Assembly: GCA_013239625.1 (NCBI GenBank)
Contig: MU053557.1
Coordinates: 6,087,842 to 6,151,841, forward strand
Reading direction: 5' to 3'
Source of the DNA: Lama guanicoe
Lineage: Eukaryota
Length of the DNA: 64,000 nucleotides
Shown here piece by piece: positions 49,301 through 63,698 of the stretch. The translations under genes and the position numbers were made by a program. The notes under the pieces were generated by a model. The model saw only the letters and a program-made list of their open reading frames with translations, had not been told where the DNA came from and made no database searches. Within the stretch, counting starts at the first letter, position 1; each line of letters starts with the position of its first letter.

Positions 49301-50989
49301 AGATGATGTAAATTTGCATGGCCAGGAACATCTGCAAAATACCTAGCATTTCCCAAGCATTGTTTCCCCATCGGATTGTCACAACAGCCTTGGGAGCAAG
49401 GCAGGGCTGATATCTGTTGGACAGATGAGGAAACTCAGGCCTACTTGGGAACTTAATCCGTTGGATCTAATGCTGCTGGGCAGTGGCTGCACCCTGGGGT
49501 CAGCTAGACCCTGCAACTCTGGGGAGTGATGTTCTCCATGGCCCAGACGGAAAAGTCCGAGTAGATCTCTGATCCTGGGAGTTGTGAGGTCATGATGGCC
49601 AGTGGTCTCCTTTTCAGGCAGAGGCAGGGGCCGCCAGGGACGCCGGCGGGTGGGGAATGCAGTGTGGTGAAGGGACAGGGCCTCCGGGAAGAAGGCACAG
49701 GACAGAAAGTCAGAGGTCCGAGCATCTACTCTGATGCCCACTCTCATGGCCATGGACAAGCTGTCCACTCCCTGCACCTCAGTTCTCTCATGGGCACAGG
49801 AAGGAGCCTGGACTAGAGAGAAACTGGGTGATGTTTTAAAGCTGGCCTAAGGATCGACAGAGATCCAAGACTTGGGAGCCAGCAGCAAAGCAAGGAAAGA
49901 CAGAGGACCCAGCACACTGGAGATAATACAGCCTTGCAGTCAAGAAAAAAAGGATCCGGGGTGAAGCAGGTGAGGCAGACAGGGTGCCACACTGATGGGG
50001 GCCCGCCTCACATGCTGCACCTGGGGCCTCACCGGTGCCTGCCTCGCCCTGGTCTCAGCTCTGCCCACCCCCGCGGGCTATATGACACTGGCCCAGCCCC
50101 TCTCCTTTTCTGAGCCTCCGCTGCCTCATCTGCAAAACAGGAATAATAATAGAATCCACTGGATGTCAGATTAAAGACATGAAATGAAACAATATATGTA
50201 CAGTTGGGAGTCCTCACTTTCTACTTCTTGATTTTTGATCTATTTAACAAAGAAAGGTACGCATTTTGTAATAAAATTTCCAAAACAACAATAATAGTAA
50301 ACAATAATAATAATAGTACATCACTAAGTTCCCGGAACGTAGTAGGTTCTTACTAAAAGGCTGAGACAGCCCCGTAACTGTGCCCAGCTGACTGGCTGTG
50401 GCATCTACTCAATTTCTGGTATCTGCAAACAACCGTTAAGAAGGGACACTGGGACAACACCACAGCTGGTGAAGCTGTAGCTACGAGAAGCCCACGCTCA
50501 TGAGAGATTAAGAATCATCTGAGTCTCATTTTTCTCAGTTGTAAATGGGAATATCCAGCAATTCCCCCGAGAGACGACTGGAAGTGAGGCATCAAAAGCA
50601 CCTCGCAAACTAAAGTAAAAAAAATCTGTCCACATCTGCACTTTGTGATGACCTCCAGTCCTCCCCGCCCATTTCACCATCAGGGTAACTGTGGCTCCTG
50701 GTCCACCCACCAAAGGTGCCCTCTCGATGACTGTCAGCAAAGACACAGCACCTACTTTAGAGGGTGTGTACTCAGGGAGCCCGTCCTGGCTGCATGTCTG
50801 GGGTGTAATATGAGGAACCGGAATCGGGGATCTAGTCAAGGTACACCAGGGCAAACATCTTCCACCGCTGGGCCTCAGTTTTCTAAGAGGAGGGGTTGGC
50901 AACAATAGCAATAATACAACATAAGGGGGTAGACTGGACAATCTTCAAGGCCCCTTCTAGTTTGAACATTCCAGAACTTGTAATTTATT

Positions 50990-51160
50990 TTTTATTTTTC
51001 ATACCAAAGCACATGTTTGGCTTCTTTTGTTTGTTTAAGCAGGGGTGGTAATTGGGTTTGTTCATTTATTTCTATTTGGAGGAGGTGCTGGGGATTGAAC
51101 CTGGGATCTCCTGTATGACAAGCATGAGATCTACCAATTGAGCTATATATACCCTCCCCC
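50990..51160 (-). mobile_element. tRNA-derived SINE (Vic-1-like) with extended 3' tail
   Basis: Same head and boxes; 18-bp TSD CAGAACTTG(T/C)AATTTATT at 50972..50989 and 51161..51178. Confidence 0.85.
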
Positions 51161-52849
51161 CAGAACTTGCAATTTATTATCAACAGTTTCTAAAACCCTC
51201 TGACCTTGAAAAGGCTACTCTCCCCAGCTCCAATCCCTCCTAACGCCCACGTGGTCCTCCCATAAGCGCTATTACCTCCCCAAGAGTAAGCAGAAACCCC
51301 TAGATGATGTCTGCAGTCTTTCCCCAGGTCCCCTCCTCCTCCCTGGCCTGCACCCAGGCTTCAGCTCAGCATGAGGACTGTGTCCTTCAAAGACAGCATG
51401 CATCTCCTGTGTCCTTCTTCCTCCCCTCCCCTCCACTGATTCACCCCCAGAGGCAGCCCCATTCCTTCCACTTAGCCTCCAAGACCCAGGCTCCACACCA
51501 TCAGCCTAGGGATAGTCGGGAGGACCAGGACCATCAGCTGGCTGGAAACGCTGCAAAAGAAGACCAAGGACCAACTAACTAGAGCTGGGAGAGGGCCTAA
51601 CAGTTACATGCTACCGTATTCCAAGCACTGAGCTGTATCATTACACACATTATTACCTCATTTTCTTCTCACCACACAGAGATAAAAATTATTATCCCTG
51701 TTTTCCAGCAAGGAAACCAATTCTCTCAGCTGTATAGCATACTCTCTACTTTTCAGATGAGGAAGCTGACTCAGAGAGGTTAAGTCACTGGTCTAAGGAC
51801 ACACAGCTGGTTAGTGGCAAAACAAAGAATCCAGCCTCCATCTGTGAGACTCCAACACTGATGCCCTTTCCAGTGGCCTTCACTGCCTGAGAGGGACTCA
51901 GCTGAGGCTCAGGGGGAGGAAACTCGTCCTACTGTCCCACTACCTGGAACAAGCCCCCAGGTTCCCAGCCCCTGCCTCTATGTGTCTCTACCTTTGCATG
52001 CTGTCAGGTACCAGTCTGTCCCTGACTGTCTGAAGTCACCAGGGCTTAGAATCTCGGGAAATTCAGTCCTGTGCTTATCCAGTCCCCGGAGAGTCAAGGG
52101 ACTCCAGCTGACCACCTTTGGTGACCCAGACCAACTTCCTCCTCAAGGAGTCTTGCTAGGCAGCCAGCATTGACTGTCGCTTGGCTACTCCCAGTTCTGC
52201 TCCCACTGGCCCTTACTCCATCATCTGGGGTCCCATAGTTTATGAAACTAGTCCCCTCCTGATGAACATTCAGGACATTTTTTTTGCTGTTACAAAGCAT
52301 GTGGCAGTGCACATCTTTGTCTAGCCCCTGTGTGTAGTGATACAAAGATTCCTAGCTTCTTAAGTAGGGGATTACAGAATCAGTTACCTCTGGCCTTGGA
52401 GATAATTGAAACCTCCTCAGACATGCTTTTCTACAAGAGAACTTTGTTCTCGGCCAGCCAGGCATAAAAGCCTGATTGCTGACATCATCTAGAAAGGACA
52501 TTCTTTACTACGGGAAACCTAACCATAAGAAAAGCAAATGTACACAAGGCTATATCAATAGAAACATGATTCCTAAAAGGGTGGAGGTGAAAGGTCCTCT
52601 GCTGGGTGAGACAGACCACACCTGGGGTGTGGTGTCCAGTTTCAAGACCAGCTACAGATAGGGTAGGGGTGGAGGGTTGGGGGGGTGAGTCGGGAGGGGT
52701 CTGGAAGTCAATCCCTATAAGGAACAATGCGGGGAATAAGGGCTGAGCCGCTCCAAGAGAACACTGCAGGTTCCAAATCTCCTCTGAGCTGAAGTGGAGA
52801 AGAAGGGCATCTTGTTCCTTATTCTAGGGAATAAAAGCCAAAGATGTCT

Positions 52850-53260
52850 TGTTTCAACAGCAAAGGCTAGAAACACCCTAATGAAGAGGAAAATGAATAA
52901 ATCCACCAGGGCCATTTCACATCAGGGAACACTATACAGCTGTGAAAAACAAATGAGCCAGAGCTAGAGATATAAACGAGGATGAATCTCACAAATATTA
53001 AGCAAAACAAGCAAGTTGTAGAACAGAGTATGATGGCATTTAAATAACGTTTTAAAACATATGAAACAATACTGCATATTACTTAGGGATGCATACATAC
53101 AATACAACGAATGAGAGATACAAGAGAATAAACTCAGAACGCTTGTTCCCTCTGGAAGGGTGGGGATGATCAGGGAGAAGTTGCAGGTGTATAGAAAATA
53201 CGTTATTTCTTAAGTAGGGTGGGTGGGTGCCCAACTGTCTGCACATTCCCTTCTATGTCT
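52850..53260 (+). mobile_element. L1ME-like 3' fragment
   Basis: gaacactatacagctgtgaaaa...gatgaatctcacaaatatta..agcaagttgtagaa, typical of old L1 3' ends; approximate. Confidence 0.55.
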
Positions 53261-54934
53261 GAAAGAGTCCCTCAAACTTTCTAAAAGTCAACGCTGCTGT
53301 CCTCAGACCCCCGTTCCTCTTTGCAGAGGTCGGGATGGGGGGAGCACCTGCAGAGGCAAAAGTGGAGGGGCGGGGGGACCAGGGTTCCTCAGACCACTGA
53401 CGAGGCTGGCTGTGACAAAGGCGCAGACCGTGGTCTCCGGCCAGCCGAGAGCGGTGTGAGCAGGCTCCAGTGTGGGTGGAGATCAAACCAAGGGCCCCTG
53501 ACTCATGGGTCACCCCCCTACGCCCACCCTAAAAATACCAGCTCTGGCCTCTGAGCATGACTCTGGTGGCATGACTCCCACAGCTCCCCCCGCCCTTCCC
53601 CCACACACACATCTGTCTGGGCCGCCTGGTCTGTCCACGCCGCAGGTGCTCACGACACAGCGAACAGCCTCTGGGTGAGGTCCTTGGGGAGAGAAGAGTT
53701 CAGCCCCGCCTGGGGACGGCCCTCAGACAGACAGACAGCTGCTCCTCAGCCCAGTCATCCGTTCCTATGTTCCTATCGGAAGCGTGACTGTCCCACGCCA
53801 GTCATGGGGGAAATACATCCAGAACTTCCTGCAAGTGGCCAGGCTGCAGTGCCTGCCAAGGTTTGTCTCTGCAGGTCGGGGGCTCTGCTCCCCACAGGAG
53901 ACAGGGTGCTTCTCCCTGCTTCCCTGTGCCTTCCTTCTGGCAACTCTCCGGGGGTCCCAGATACCCTCTCTCCAAAGAGGAACAGGAAAAGGAGGGACAG
54001 GCCGGTGCGGGGAGCGGGGGTGCCGCAGCAAGAAGCTGGGAGGGTGGGCACAGAAAGGCTTGGCCCAGCGGGAAGAACTCAGAAACTGCTGGAGCCGGAG
54101 AGAGGGCAGCCCAATCACTGGGCTGGAAGAGGACACCCAATCAGGGCTGGAAGAGGATACCCTAAGACACCAGCCAGTGCAACCCCTTCGTTTTGCAGCT
54201 GGGACACCAAAGCCAGCAAAGAGGGCCTGCCCAAGGCTGCAGGGACTGTAGTGACACAGAGGGGAGGCAAATTCGGTCCTCTGGGGGCCAGCTGTGAGCT
54301 CTTCTTCCACACCTCCTACTGTCCTCCCCACCCCTCCCTCCAAGTGGGCTGGTGAGCACTGAGGGGGAAAAGAGGGGGTGAGGAAGGAGGAGGGCCCACA
54401 TGAGCAAGCCACCTGTAAGAACACTGGAACGGGCTGCCTACAAGGGCGCGCACTCCCTGACCCTGGGGCGGGGGTCAAGCAGGGGCTGGATGATCACCTG
54501 CTGGGGTGCTGGGTGCTGTTGATGAAATCTGGGCCAGATTCCTCTGCAGCCCACCCACATGCACACTTTTCATTATTCCAATTAGGGACAAGACGACATC
54601 TAAGACAAAGTAAAGGATGACCCGTCCAGAGAAGGCACAGCCTGGTCCAGAGGTGGCAGAGGGTTAAAGGCAAGCTGTTCCAAAGCATGGAACATCAGAC
54701 CATCCCCATCATCTACTGAAATCCCTTCAGTACCCTCATGATTAGCATCATTAACCTTAATGATATTCAGCAGCTTTTACTCATTGCTTACCCCTGTGCT
54801 GAGTGCTTGACACGCACTGTCTCATTAATTCGTACCACTCTGTTAGTAGCACCTACGTCACAGAATCTTACAGATGAGGGAGCAGACACAGCACCCACCC
54901 AGGTGTGCTGGACTTTAAAGCATACGTGCTACAC

Positions 54935-55070
54935 CATGGGTTCTCAAAGAGCAGCTGGCAGCGTCACCACCACCAGCTGGATCAGATGCTCTGGGGGTGC
55001 AACCCTGCAATCTGTTTAACAAGCCTCCCAGGGGATTCTGATGCACTCTTGGGTTTGCAAACCAACTGTT
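54935..55070. mobile_element. MER5-like hAT-Charlie remnant
   Basis: ggttctcaaa...atctgtttaacaagcctcccaggggattctgatgcac...gtttgcaaaccaactg; similar remnants near 6510..6672 and 33938..34125. Confidence 0.55.
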
Positions 55071-55629
55071 CTAATCACTCCCCAATCTTGCCGACCGACC
55101 GGGAACAGCTGACACTTCTCTGCCTGGTAGTCAAGAGCTTAGGGTTTTTCCTAGTGCAGCAGGTCAGCTCCCTCAACCCAGCAGAGCCTTACCCCAAATC
55201 CTCTACCTGGCCTACTAAGTTCCAAAAGGGGCTTAGGCCCCAGTCTGCACCTCATCCTCTTGGAGGGCCCAGCCTTGAAATCAGCTCCCTCTGGAAGCCC
55301 CCTGACCATCTGGCACCCCCAAATTGCTCCACACCCAGGGAGACTCACTGCCGAGCACCTGCTGGCACACAATGCCCTCCAGCTAGTGCCCGTGGCACAT
55401 TTCTGCCCATTCTATTACAAGTTCCTGGACAGAGCCAGTACCTTATTCCCCTGAGCAACAGATAACAAGCGTGACCAAAAATGTTTGCGGACTACTGGAA
55501 GGGAAAAAAAATGCAAGGGAGCAATTCCCCCTGACTCTGCCACTACCTCTCTGGGACAAGTGCCTTCCCATCTTTAGGCCTTAGTTTTCTCATCTGTGAA
55601 ATGCACCATCATCCTGGTTTCTTCTATTC

Positions 55630-56120
55630 TATTCATTCATTGAACAAACCCAGCAGACCCTGACCCCAGATACTCTTACCTAGTATCAGGGATGCACCTG
55701 TGAAGACTAAAGGGGTCCTTGCTCTCACCTTCCTATTCTAGGAAAAGAGAAAGCTAACAAACAGGTAAACACTAAAAATTATCATATGCCAGACACTAAG
55801 CTCCATACATATACACTTTCTCATTTGCAAATAAGCAAGATTATTGCAAAGCGTGATGACTGTATGAAAAAAATACAATAGTAATATGATAGAAAGTGAA
55901 AAAAGGGGCTACTTTGCATAGAAAGGTCAGGGAAGGCCCCTCTGAGGAGGTGACATTTGAGCTGTGACTTGGCAGATAAGGAAGAACCAGCCATGGAAAG
56001 AGCTGGGGAAAGACGTTCTGGGCAGAAGGAACAGTACGAAGGCCTCAGGCAAGAATAAGCTTGGCATGTTGGAGGGGGAAGAGAAGCAGACTGCAGTGTT
56101 TAAATCGCAGTGAGTGCAGA
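55630..56120 (-). mobile_element. LINE-2 fragment
   Basis: attcattcatt...ggtcagggaaggcccctctgaggaggtgacatttgagctg. Confidence 0.65.
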
Positions 56121-57599
56121 AGTAAAAGTAGTACCCCGTAGTACCCAGAGAGGGAGGCAGACAGCCGACCTTCCACAACACTGAGGTACTCAAATCAGGT
56201 CGGCAGACCCAACTCAGGACATCCGGGCCCCAAGTTATAGGCAGCACTGGGGTAAGGGTATGAGTCAGACCCCACAGCTTCCTGGGGCCCCAAACGACCT
56301 GGTGTGGGCATAGGGGCAGGTAGCAACCCTCAGCATGAGCCTTACCTTCGGACACTCATGGGTGGGGGAAAACAGGGTCATGTAAGGATGCAGAACACAG
56401 GACACTCAAGGCTGCAGCCTCCAGAGGGACACAGGATCAAGGGCTTCTGTGAAGCGCCAAGCCTTGATCACATTATTTTCCCAGGACACAGCCAGGATGG
56501 TGGAAAGGAAACAAGGTCCAGGGTTCAAGGCTTACTAGACTTGGACAAGTCTTAACCTTTTGGGGGCTCAGGTTTCTCATCTGAAAATTGAGGCTACTAA
56601 CAACTCCTAGAGTTGGTGAAAAGATGAGATACTAAAATGTAAAGCACTGTGCCTGGCACACGGTAAGTGCTGATAAATATAAGCTACCATATTTAAAATG
56701 TTACTATTGCCATTATTGGCTTTTCACGGACTCAGTTCTCTCTGCTGTAAAATAGGGATATTAATACATCACAGGATTGCTATGAGTTTGTGCCAATAAA
56801 TATTCCAGCCTCTAAATCCAATATCCATTGTCACGAATGAAAAAAAAATTGAGAGTCCCCTTTCCTGACCTCGCATCAGATGCCAAATTCCCCTCTACCA
56901 TACACCATTGTTTGGAAAATGAGTAAGAGCTGATTAAATTCCATTTTGACAATACTGTGAAATAAAAATGATGCATTAGGAATCTACAGATTTCCCTGCA
57001 CTGTCATTCTGCAAGGGGGCGTGGACGGACGTTGCTGGTTCTTCTGCATCATCCACAAAAGTCCCCCTGCCCTCAACCAAAACACAATTTCTCACCCAGT
57101 CACACAAAATTCCCACCCACTCCCATACACAATGAATGCATAATACAATCACTTTCACATACACACAACCTCACACACTCTTGTAGACGAATGTTATACG
57201 GTGGAAAACTCACCCACATATAGAATAACTCCACAACATAAACTCACTACAGCTACCGTGCACATGCACACAAATGTTGTCTCTAACAGCAGACAAAATA
57301 TGTTCAACAGCACAGCAGGGAGTCTGGAGTCAAACGTGAGTTCACATCCTGACTTTGCAACTCCCTAGCTGTGTGACCCCAATCTCCAAGTATCTCGGTT
57401 TCCTAAACTGTAAAATGCGGATAGTAAAAGGCGGATAATAATGATCATATTCATTTTGAGTATGGATATGTGACCATTAAATGAGTTTAATATATGTAAG
57501 GGGTTTAGACCAGCACTTAGAAAGCGCCCAATAGGAGTTATTTTCCTCTTCATTACATATGCACGCACACTGCTTCCAAAACCGGTCTCCCACACAGTA

Positions 57600-58580
57600 A
57601 ACAGACCAACGCCCGCGCACACACCCCCACCTGGCTGGTCTGCACGCTGTGCACAACGCCTGCACGCCGTTCCCAGGCGGGCTCCCCCACGCAGTGAGCA
57701 CGCGCGCCCACCACCCTCCGCGCGGGTCAGGGATTCCCCGCTCAGCCGGACCCCGCCGCCCCTGGAGGCGCCCCGTGCCCGGGGAACTCGCGTACCAGAG
57801 CCCAGGAGCCAAGAAGCCTGGGACACCTGGCCCGGCCTGATTCTCCCCTCCCCGCCCCGCCCCCCGCCACAGCCAGACACTGCCGAGGCTCGAACGGCCC
57901 AGTACCGGACTCGTTCTTCCCGTTCCATCCCTGCTCCGGCCCCGCCGGCTTACCCGAGGGTGGGGGCCCTGGGGGATAATGCCCCGCTCTCCGCGTCCAG
58001 CCCCTGGTCCAGGGACGGGGATAGAGGCCCAGGCAAGGCTCTGGCCCGGCAGCACTCCGCGGGTTCCCGGGCCTGGGCAGGGGGAAGAGGCCTGGGACTA
58101 GGAAGTGCCGGGGGCTGGACAGCCCCACCCCTGGGAAAGTCCCAAGTGATTGATAGGCAGCTCGCCCAATCACGCCGCGCCGTCTCGTCGGGCTCGCGGC
58201 CGCTGGGGTGGGACGCAAGGAGGTAAACAGCAGCTGCCGGAGGTCCGGGGCTGGAGAGCCCAGGGGTGTGAGGAATGGCCGCCGGGGTCGCGTCCAGCAG
58301 GCCGGCCCCTCGGCAGGCTTTGCCTCGGGCGGCGACCTCCCCGGGCCCGGGCAGCCCCTCGCGGCACTCGTTACTCCGGAAACTCCAGGCGCCGGAATGA
58401 GGCTGGGGCCACCCTAAAAGCCGGAGTTGCAGAGCAGAGTTGAGCCGCGGAGACCACCCACCCCTTCTCTGGGCCAGGGGCACGCAGGCTAGAGCGCGGG
58501 GAGAGGACTTGCCAAAAGCATCTGGAGCTGAGCCAGAGCTAGAGCGCAGGGCCCTAGGGTTCCTTCCACGGCGCTCCTGG
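57600..58580 (-). promoter_or_regulatory. TNIP1 proximal CpG-island promoter and non-coding exon 1 (exon ends 57954)
   Basis: Strong CpG enrichment; minus-strand donor CGG|GTAAGC at 57954/57953; kB site GGGACTTTCCC 58133..58143; CCAAT 58166..58170; GC boxes. Confidence 0.85.
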
Positions 58581-60204
58581 ACTTAGCAGAGCTCATGGAA
58601 ATTCTGAACTGAAAGGACCTTTAAAGAATCTTACTGTCACTGCTAACATTTTTTTTGCGTACTTACTGCTCCAGACTTGGTAGACGCTTTGCATGCGCTA
58701 TTTAATCCACACAGCCACCGTAATGTGATGGTTTTATCATTTTTTACTATAAATAAATTAATATGCAAGGCACAAGGAAGCTAGATGACCTTAGTGAATG
58801 GCTGAGCTAAGATTCAAACCTAAGTAGGCAAATCTAGAGCCCACCTCCTACCCTGCCTACTTATATGTGGCCCAGACCATGGAAACACACTGTGGGATCT
58901 TCCAGACCAGTAAGGGGCAGGAGCTTGATTTAAGGTTGGGAACACTGGTTTTTTGTTCTTTTTTTTTTAACCTCACCGTTTTATTTAAAAGAGGTTGAGT
59001 TTTTATTTCAAAAACTGGAAAGGCCTAACCTTGGACTAAAGGACAGCTCTTTAAATTGGGTAAATACAGTTTTATGAAAACCTTACTCCAAAAGAGGTAT
59101 TTCACTGGAACTGTTGAAAATTTAGTCATTGACAGGGCCTCATTCTCAGAAAGGATTTGGGGACCTATTCGACATAGGTCCTCATTTCACAGGAGAAATC
59201 TGTCAATCTACTGTGACTATATGAAAAAACACACACATCCCTACCCACGTGTATGCCTAATCCAAGGACTCTCAGGCTTTGTGACATCATGGGATGCCTT
59301 CAGTTACTTCAAAGGAGTTATCAAATTCTCAAAACAGTACCAATTCTAGTTCATTTTAATTATGAAAATAAGTACACACATACCCTGATTTTGAAGAGAG
59401 GGAGGGAGAAAGGGATTTGAACACCAAAGCAACACTGAGCGTTACCAGTGTGGAAGGTATGGGGAGATTAGAATCTCAGGCTGGTTCTCACCACAGCTCT
59501 CAGGTATCACCTCATCCATCAGGGCCCGCAGTCCAGTTTCCTTCCTGCTCTTGTCCGAAACTCCTAGTTTGCTTCTTCCTAGAATGCTCTCTTTCTAATC
59601 CCAACCCAACTCTTCTCATGCCTGAAATTTACTTTAAAAAATGAAGTCTCCAACTATTTGCATTTTTTCCCCAAACTGTTTTAGCTGTGTTTGTAAAGGT
59701 CTGATCTTAGAGACTTAGGCAAATAGCTTCATTCCCCAAAGTGCCAGATGACTCCTAGAGGTGGCTTGTTGAACAATGGTCTAGCATGGCATAAAAAGCT
59801 CACACAGCCGTCTTTTTGCCTGATTGCCTACTTGTGGATACTTCTTCTTAACAATTACAATGTGTGAGAACACTCATCTCTTCAAAGTCATGACCACACC
59901 TACCTGTTCCATCGTTTTCAGTCTGAGTTCAGAGCATTTCATCATGTTATAGAGCCCCTGGAGACCACTGATTACAACCCTCTATTTGACAGATTGGTAG
60001 ACAGAGTCCTCAGTGTAGTAAAGGACTTCCTCAAGGCCAAGCATATTGAGTGATGCAGCCAGGGTTGGAACCCTGGACCTTGGCTCCCAGTCATATGTGC
60101 TCTTTCCACTGCACCATGTTGTCTTTACAATGTCCTGGTTTTTCTTTCTTTCTTACAGAAACTCAACACTCATGATGAACATAGGCTATGGATCTAACTA
60201 ATGG

Positions 60205-60375
60205 GGTTCTCACCCTGACTCAACCGCTTACTTCCTGGGTGGCCTCTCTAAGCCTCTGTTCCTGTCTGAAAAATGGAGATAATAATTACCTACCTCTTAG
60301 GTGATCATGAAGATAAATGAGATAATGCAAGTAAAGCTCAAAGTTTGGCACACAGTAGGCATTGGAGAAATGGTA
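60205..60375 (+). mobile_element. MIR SINE
   Basis: cctctctaagcctctgttcctgtctgaaaaatggagataataat...aaatgagataatgcaagtaaagc. Confidence 0.65.
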
Positions 60376-63084
60376 GTGGTTTGTAGATGTGGATTGCATG
60401 CATTGAGTAGAATTTCACTGTTAAACCCAGGAATTCAGCCTCCCTAGGTTCCATCCCACCATCCACATCCTCTGTGGGACCCTAGACTCTGGGGGCCTGG
60501 CAGAGTGGGAAACAGCCCCCCAGAGCCTGGCACCCCTGATACGCCCATAGCTGGAAGGAGATTTCCAAGCTGAGAAGCTGGGACTGACACTGGAAACTGG
60601 GTGACTCAGGCAGCTGGGAAACTTTTGCTCTTCCAGGGTGATGACAAGCACCCCACAAAGCCCTACCTGGGAGGAGAATCAAAAGGCCTGTGTTTTGTTT
60701 CATTTTGTTTGGTTTTGAGACCCAAAACTTCCCAGTATCTCTTCTACCTTTCCTTCTCTCTCTACCACCTCCACCAAGGCTGCTCGGAAGTCAGACTTAA
60801 ATCCGCATTTGAGGGAAATGAAAAACATTAACAACAAAACCCAAACTCCACGTGTAAATGATTGAGCTCTAAATCCAGTGCCTGAAGAGGAGTGGAGGCT
60901 GCATGTGACAAACATCAGAAGGTGGCGTTTGTGGGGTATTTGCCGCGTGCTAGGTCTGCACTTTCACATAATGTATCTCCCAACCCACCTCTGAGGTCAG
61001 TACCATCCCCTTCCCCACTTCACACATGAAACTGGGGCTCTGAGGTGTTAGGTGACTTATTCAAGGTCTTAAATAGCACCAGGTCACTGGAATGTGAAGA
61101 TCCAGGCTCTTAAACTCTTAACCCGCTTAAGCTACATGCTATGGAATCTTGCCAGCTTGGCAAGGCATAGAACTCAAAATGCCAGTCCTTGAAGGGTCCT
61201 TCGAAAGGATCAGACCCAGCCTTTTTCTCATGGGGTTGAAGCCACTGACGGCAGGGACTTGCCTGAGGTCTTCCAGCGAGTTTGTGATAGTACTTAAGTC
61301 TCCTGCTCCCAGAGCAGTGCTACTGTCACACACCCTAGTGATGGGAAATGGAGCTTCTAAAGCAAACAAGCACATGCCCCACTTGTAGTGAATTAGTCAA
61401 GTCGGGTTCTTGGCTGGGGGTGAATGAAACTCTGGGCAAGCAGCTAATGAACTGAGGAAAGAGCAGTCCTGGGTCTGGGTCCCTTCCTCAGATGCAGTCT
61501 CACATCCCCATAGCCAGAGGCAATCTCAGGAATGTAAAGGCCTATGGTGGATTCTGGGTGTTTTTTGGTGTTGGGTGTGTGTCTATATGAGAGAGAGATT
61601 TCAGTGATAAATGAGAAATGCATGTCAAGTACATGGCTTTGACTGAAATTGTACTAGGTAATCGTATTTTGGGGTAAGAAGTAAATTAGTGAGCAGAGAC
61701 TATGGTCCCTGCTTCCCACCCTCAGCCCGAGAAGGCATTTTTAATTCCGTCTACCTCCCAATAACTGCATAAGGGGATGGATACCACAGCGGTAAGAAAT
61801 GTATAACTTTTCAAACTTTTTCAGCACCTTAAGGTGAATTAAACCATTTCATATCCACAATTTGCCCTACTTCCACAAGGCATGTCATACAAGGGTTAGG
61901 ATGTGGGCTCTGGAGTCAGACAGCCTGGGCTCAGATCACAGTCCTGCTACTTACCCCTCATGATGCCCCTCCTGGCCTCCTCATTAATAACATGAAGGTT
62001 AGAACTGTGCCCAGTGCACAGGGTAGAAAGAATGAGACACCCGAGAGCCTGGCATCAGTGAGAGGCAGCAATGGCAGTGATCATCCACCAAATGCAGTGG
62101 GCAGGGATCAGTAATCTCCTCTTTCCAGTGAGGACCTCAGGGCCCAGAGCTGTGGAGGAACTAGCCCTAGACTTCGCAACACGTCCTCGGAAACACCAGG
62201 CCTAGAAGGCATTCCTCCTGATTTTTTCTCCAGGGTCTTTCCTGTTTTCCTCTTTCTCCATCCTAGCTGCTTCCCCTGCATCCCTGGGCCTGCCTGTTAC
62301 TCTGAGCTTTCTATGGCCCCACTGCAGGGGAGGAAAGGGCAAAGTGACACTGGGGGAAATTCCCGGCCCTGGCCTGTAGCATACGTGGCCTGGCCAGGCC
62401 CCTCCCACAGCTCTAGGAGCCCAGGCCTCCCCTACTCCAGCTCCTCTCCCTCTGGCCTCCCTGTCTCCAGCTCAGAGTGTCAAGCTGATCTGGGTTTGGA
62501 CCCAAAGTTGCCTCTTGTCATCCTCTTGGAAGTAGGGAGAGGTCAGTCAGGCCCAGCCCAGCCCCTGAAGGAGGCAGACCCATGGGAACCAGAGCATTTC
62601 CTAATCGTGGGAAGCCCTTCAGGGCCCTGAGAGCAGCCCTCCTACCGCCTCACCCCAAGTTCTCTCCTGTGCTCCCTCTTCCAGGGCCCCTCCCGCTTCC
62701 CCTTCCATTCTTCTCCAGCCCAGGAGCCACTGTGACAGTGACTTGGCTTCCATTCCTTGCCCCTCCTAGCCAGGGACTTCCCTGGGCTGGGCCTCTGATG
62801 AGCTTTGGAAAATCTGGACTGTTTGTGATCAAAGAGGAGACCGCATCACCACTGTCTGCCAGCCTGTCACCCACTCCAAGTGCCTCAGGCTGTCTCTGCT
62901 AAAGGCTCAACCACAGAAAGGTCCAGCTGGCCCTGGGAGGAGAGCAGGTGGGAGGGCCCTCCAGAGGTCCTTTTGCCCCAGGGTTAGGGAGGGCCCCAGC
63001 CTTCCACTGTGTTCCCAAGGGAGGCAGGGGCAGACTCCCACCTGCTCTCTTCCTGTCTAGCTTTAGATCACTAAAGTGCCCAAC

Positions 63085-63308
63085 ACACGCCCACACACTC
63101 ACCCTCAAAGAGTCACCGACACACATTCACGTAATGACCCAGACACTCACAGACACCCACAGACACACTCACACACAAACACATAAACATGCTCACACAT
63201 TTTTCGCTCACACGGTCATACACACAGGCACGCCGGGAGATGTAAGGTGTGACACACTCTCACAGAGACACACATCCACACACACACACACACACACATA
63301 CACACATA
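63085..63308. repeat. Degenerate (CA)n tract
   Basis: CA-rich, with a pure (CA)n run around 63277..63298. Confidence 0.8.
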
Positions 63309-63698
63309 TCTGCGTTCAAACTCATGAACCTACTCCCTTGTCTTGGGAAAAGGATAAGACAAAAAATAGGTCTTTCTTTTCCTTCTCTTTGGAAAAACTG
63401 GCAGCCACCAGAGAGAAAAAGCCTGGCTGAGAAGGCAGCGCAAGGAGAGGAGGGCAGGAAGACAAAATCAGAAGTAGAGGGAGACAAGCAAGAGGAGAAT
63501 GAGGCCAGGCAAGGGGTGAGAGAGGCCGGAGCCCAAGCCTAGGGGCAGGGGGCTGGGGCCGGCAGCCCGATCCCAGCTGGCAGCGAGGCGGGAGGCCAGG
63601 CAGCTCGTGGCCCAGAGCCCGGAGGGCCTGGTGGCCCTGCAGTCCTGTGCAGTGAGCCCTTCCCTGTCCTGGCTCCCGCCCTGCGCCAGCTCACTCAC

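Noticed and set aside
52661..52700. G-quadruplex-like G-runs
   Set aside because: Common throughout this GC-rich window, with no supporting context
53675..54478. Overlapping 226-aa and 237-aa ORFs in TNIP1 intron 1
   Set aside because: No recognisable domain; GC-rich sequence open in several frames, as expected by chance
57365..58483. Several 150-190 aa ORFs
   Set aside because: Artefacts of stop-poor CpG-island sequence with no protein-like features
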